A stretch of 64,000 nucleotides of DNA from a virus, in IMG/VR virus record IMGVR_UViG_3300007513_000007, positions 32,001-96,000 of that record. One strand, given 5' to 3'. Below are positions 63,093-64,000 of the stretch, one piece after another. The position numbers were made by a program, and so were the translations under genes. Positions within the stretch are counted from its first letter, which is position 1. Every line of letters starts with the position of its first letter. Below the pieces are notes generated by a model, which was given only the letters and a program-made list of their open reading frames with translations, was not told the origin of the DNA and searched no databases.

Positions 63093-63136
63093 TACGTTGC
63101 CAAGGGTGTCTCGGAACCCCCCGGTGAGGTTTCTAT
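63093..63136. promoter_or_regulatory. back-to-back class I (minus) and class II (plus) motifs
   Basis: GGGGTTCC-N16-CGTA minus at 63093-63120; CGGTGAGGTTTCTAT plus at 63122-63136. Confidence 0.7.
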
Positions 63137-63151
63137 GGGCACCGGAAGACG

Positions 63152-63436
63152 ATGGAAACCTTACGCAAAGCACGTTCCTTGGGACGATTCTTCCTCATCT
63201 GGTACAGCGAACAGTTCGCCGTTCCTTTTTGGATCGTGGGTCACGTCCATCTCCATTTTGAGGACTATCACGCGCTACTGGAAACAGGAGCGTCAGTGGT
63301 GATGAACCTAATGGTGGCTGTCGGCTTCTTTATCGCTTGGAAGGATTATGACCGGGAGCGAGAAGTCTTCACGGAAGAAGCAAAGGAGATCGAGAAGGCT
63401 CCTCGACGCAAGGACTTGGAATCAACTGGCCTTTGA
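63152..63436 (+). CDS. small two-TM membrane protein
   Basis: 94 aa ORF. Confidence 0.7.
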   Translation: METLRKARSLGRFFLIWYSEQFAVPFWIVGHVHLHFEDYHALLETGASVVMNLMVAVGFFIAWKDYDREREVFTEEAKEIEKAPRRKDLESTGL

Positions 63437-63859
63437 GATTCTATCTTTCACAGGGCACGCTTCCCAATCACTTGCGGCCTTCTCGCTTTCGAGGAAGGCA
63501 GTCCGTGACTCCGAAGGCCAGTTCACATAGCCGCAAGGTTCCCCTTCTTCGATGAGAGGGTCGAACCAAGCGCAGTTGGGACAAGCCCCTGAAGGCCAGC
63601 ACTTACCCCCCCGCTGTACTCCCAACAGCGCCATCCTCTCGGCTTTCTGCTCGTCCGTCTGCTTGTGTAGAAGCCTTACTGTGGCTTTGCAGTTTCTCCG
63701 GTCTGCGATGTCCTCAATCACTGCGGCTTGCTGGGCGGTCAACACAAGATGGAACACTGACAAAGCACCGTCATGGTCTACTCGGGGATTCCCCGGAACC
63801 CCCAAACCAAAGGGGTCACCCCCTTGAAGCTGCACTGTCCAAATCTCATGGGCCATCAT
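63422..63859 (-). CDS. hypothetical protein
   Basis: 145 aa; CW..CPNC.W...C cluster. Confidence 0.75.
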   Translation of the reverse strand: MMAHEIWTVQLQGGDPFGLGVPGNPRVDHDGALSVFHLVLTAQQAAVIEDIADRRNCKATVRLLHKQTDEQKAERMALLGVQRGGKCWPSGACPNCAWFDPLIEEGEPCGYVNWPSESRTAFLESEKAASDWEACPVKDRISKAS

Positions 63860-64000
63860 CTAAACTGCCTTGGCGGCATCCTTCCACTGGGTGAGCTTCT
63901 CCCACTGGGGAGCATGGTCCCGATCTCCCCACCCGCACAAGGCAAGGGAGAAACCCTTACTGGTAGGGGTGGAGTTGACCGAGGTGACCGTCACCTTCTT

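Noticed and set aside
1-64000. Retron, DGR, integrase or transposase systems linked to the ncRNAs
   Set aside because: No reverse transcriptase (YADD-like), recombinase or transposase motifs found in this window; partners outside the window are not excluded.

Overview
GC-rich, gene-dense window from what looks like a large (jumbo-type) dsDNA phage; no capsid, terminase or polymerase gene falls inside it and the host cannot be assigned. Recognisable genes: MoxR/CobS-like AAA ATPase with a split CobT-like (HExxH + VWA) partner, SWIM and HNH proteins, DUF5131 (Gp37/Gp68), a PG-binding endolysin, a DenV-like protein, a split and reordered beta-class DNA methyltransferase flanking a SET-domain gene, thymidine kinase, tyrosyl-tRNA synthetase, tRNA-Asn(GTT), an ECF-like sigma factor, a GIY-YIG nuclease, glutamine synthetase type II, a tandem cold-shock protein, a metallophosphoesterase and a DEDDh exonuclease. 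Four things read directly from the sequence are not explained by those annotations. (1) A very strict bipartite promoter-like motif GGGGTTCC-N16-CGTA (22 exact copies plus variants, all oriented into downstream units). (2) Two ORF-less, 600-760 nt, heavily structured segments directly behind copies of that motif (about 11227-11830 plus; about 18883-19645 minus), i.e. candidate large ncRNAs. (3) A second motif, CGGT-N7-CTAT, upstream of otherwise unrelated proteins that share short peptide tags (LIR/KLA helix hairpin; SAxRVAxxY/F), suggesting a late-expressed, tag-based capsid cargo-loading system. (4) An 8-nt GGC-TGA-AT-GGC interruption right after the DPPYG catalytic motif of the methyltransferase. 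All domain calls come from reading motifs by eye; no database searches were run. Many starts were re-picked from RBS and stop/start overlaps and differ from the ORF track.
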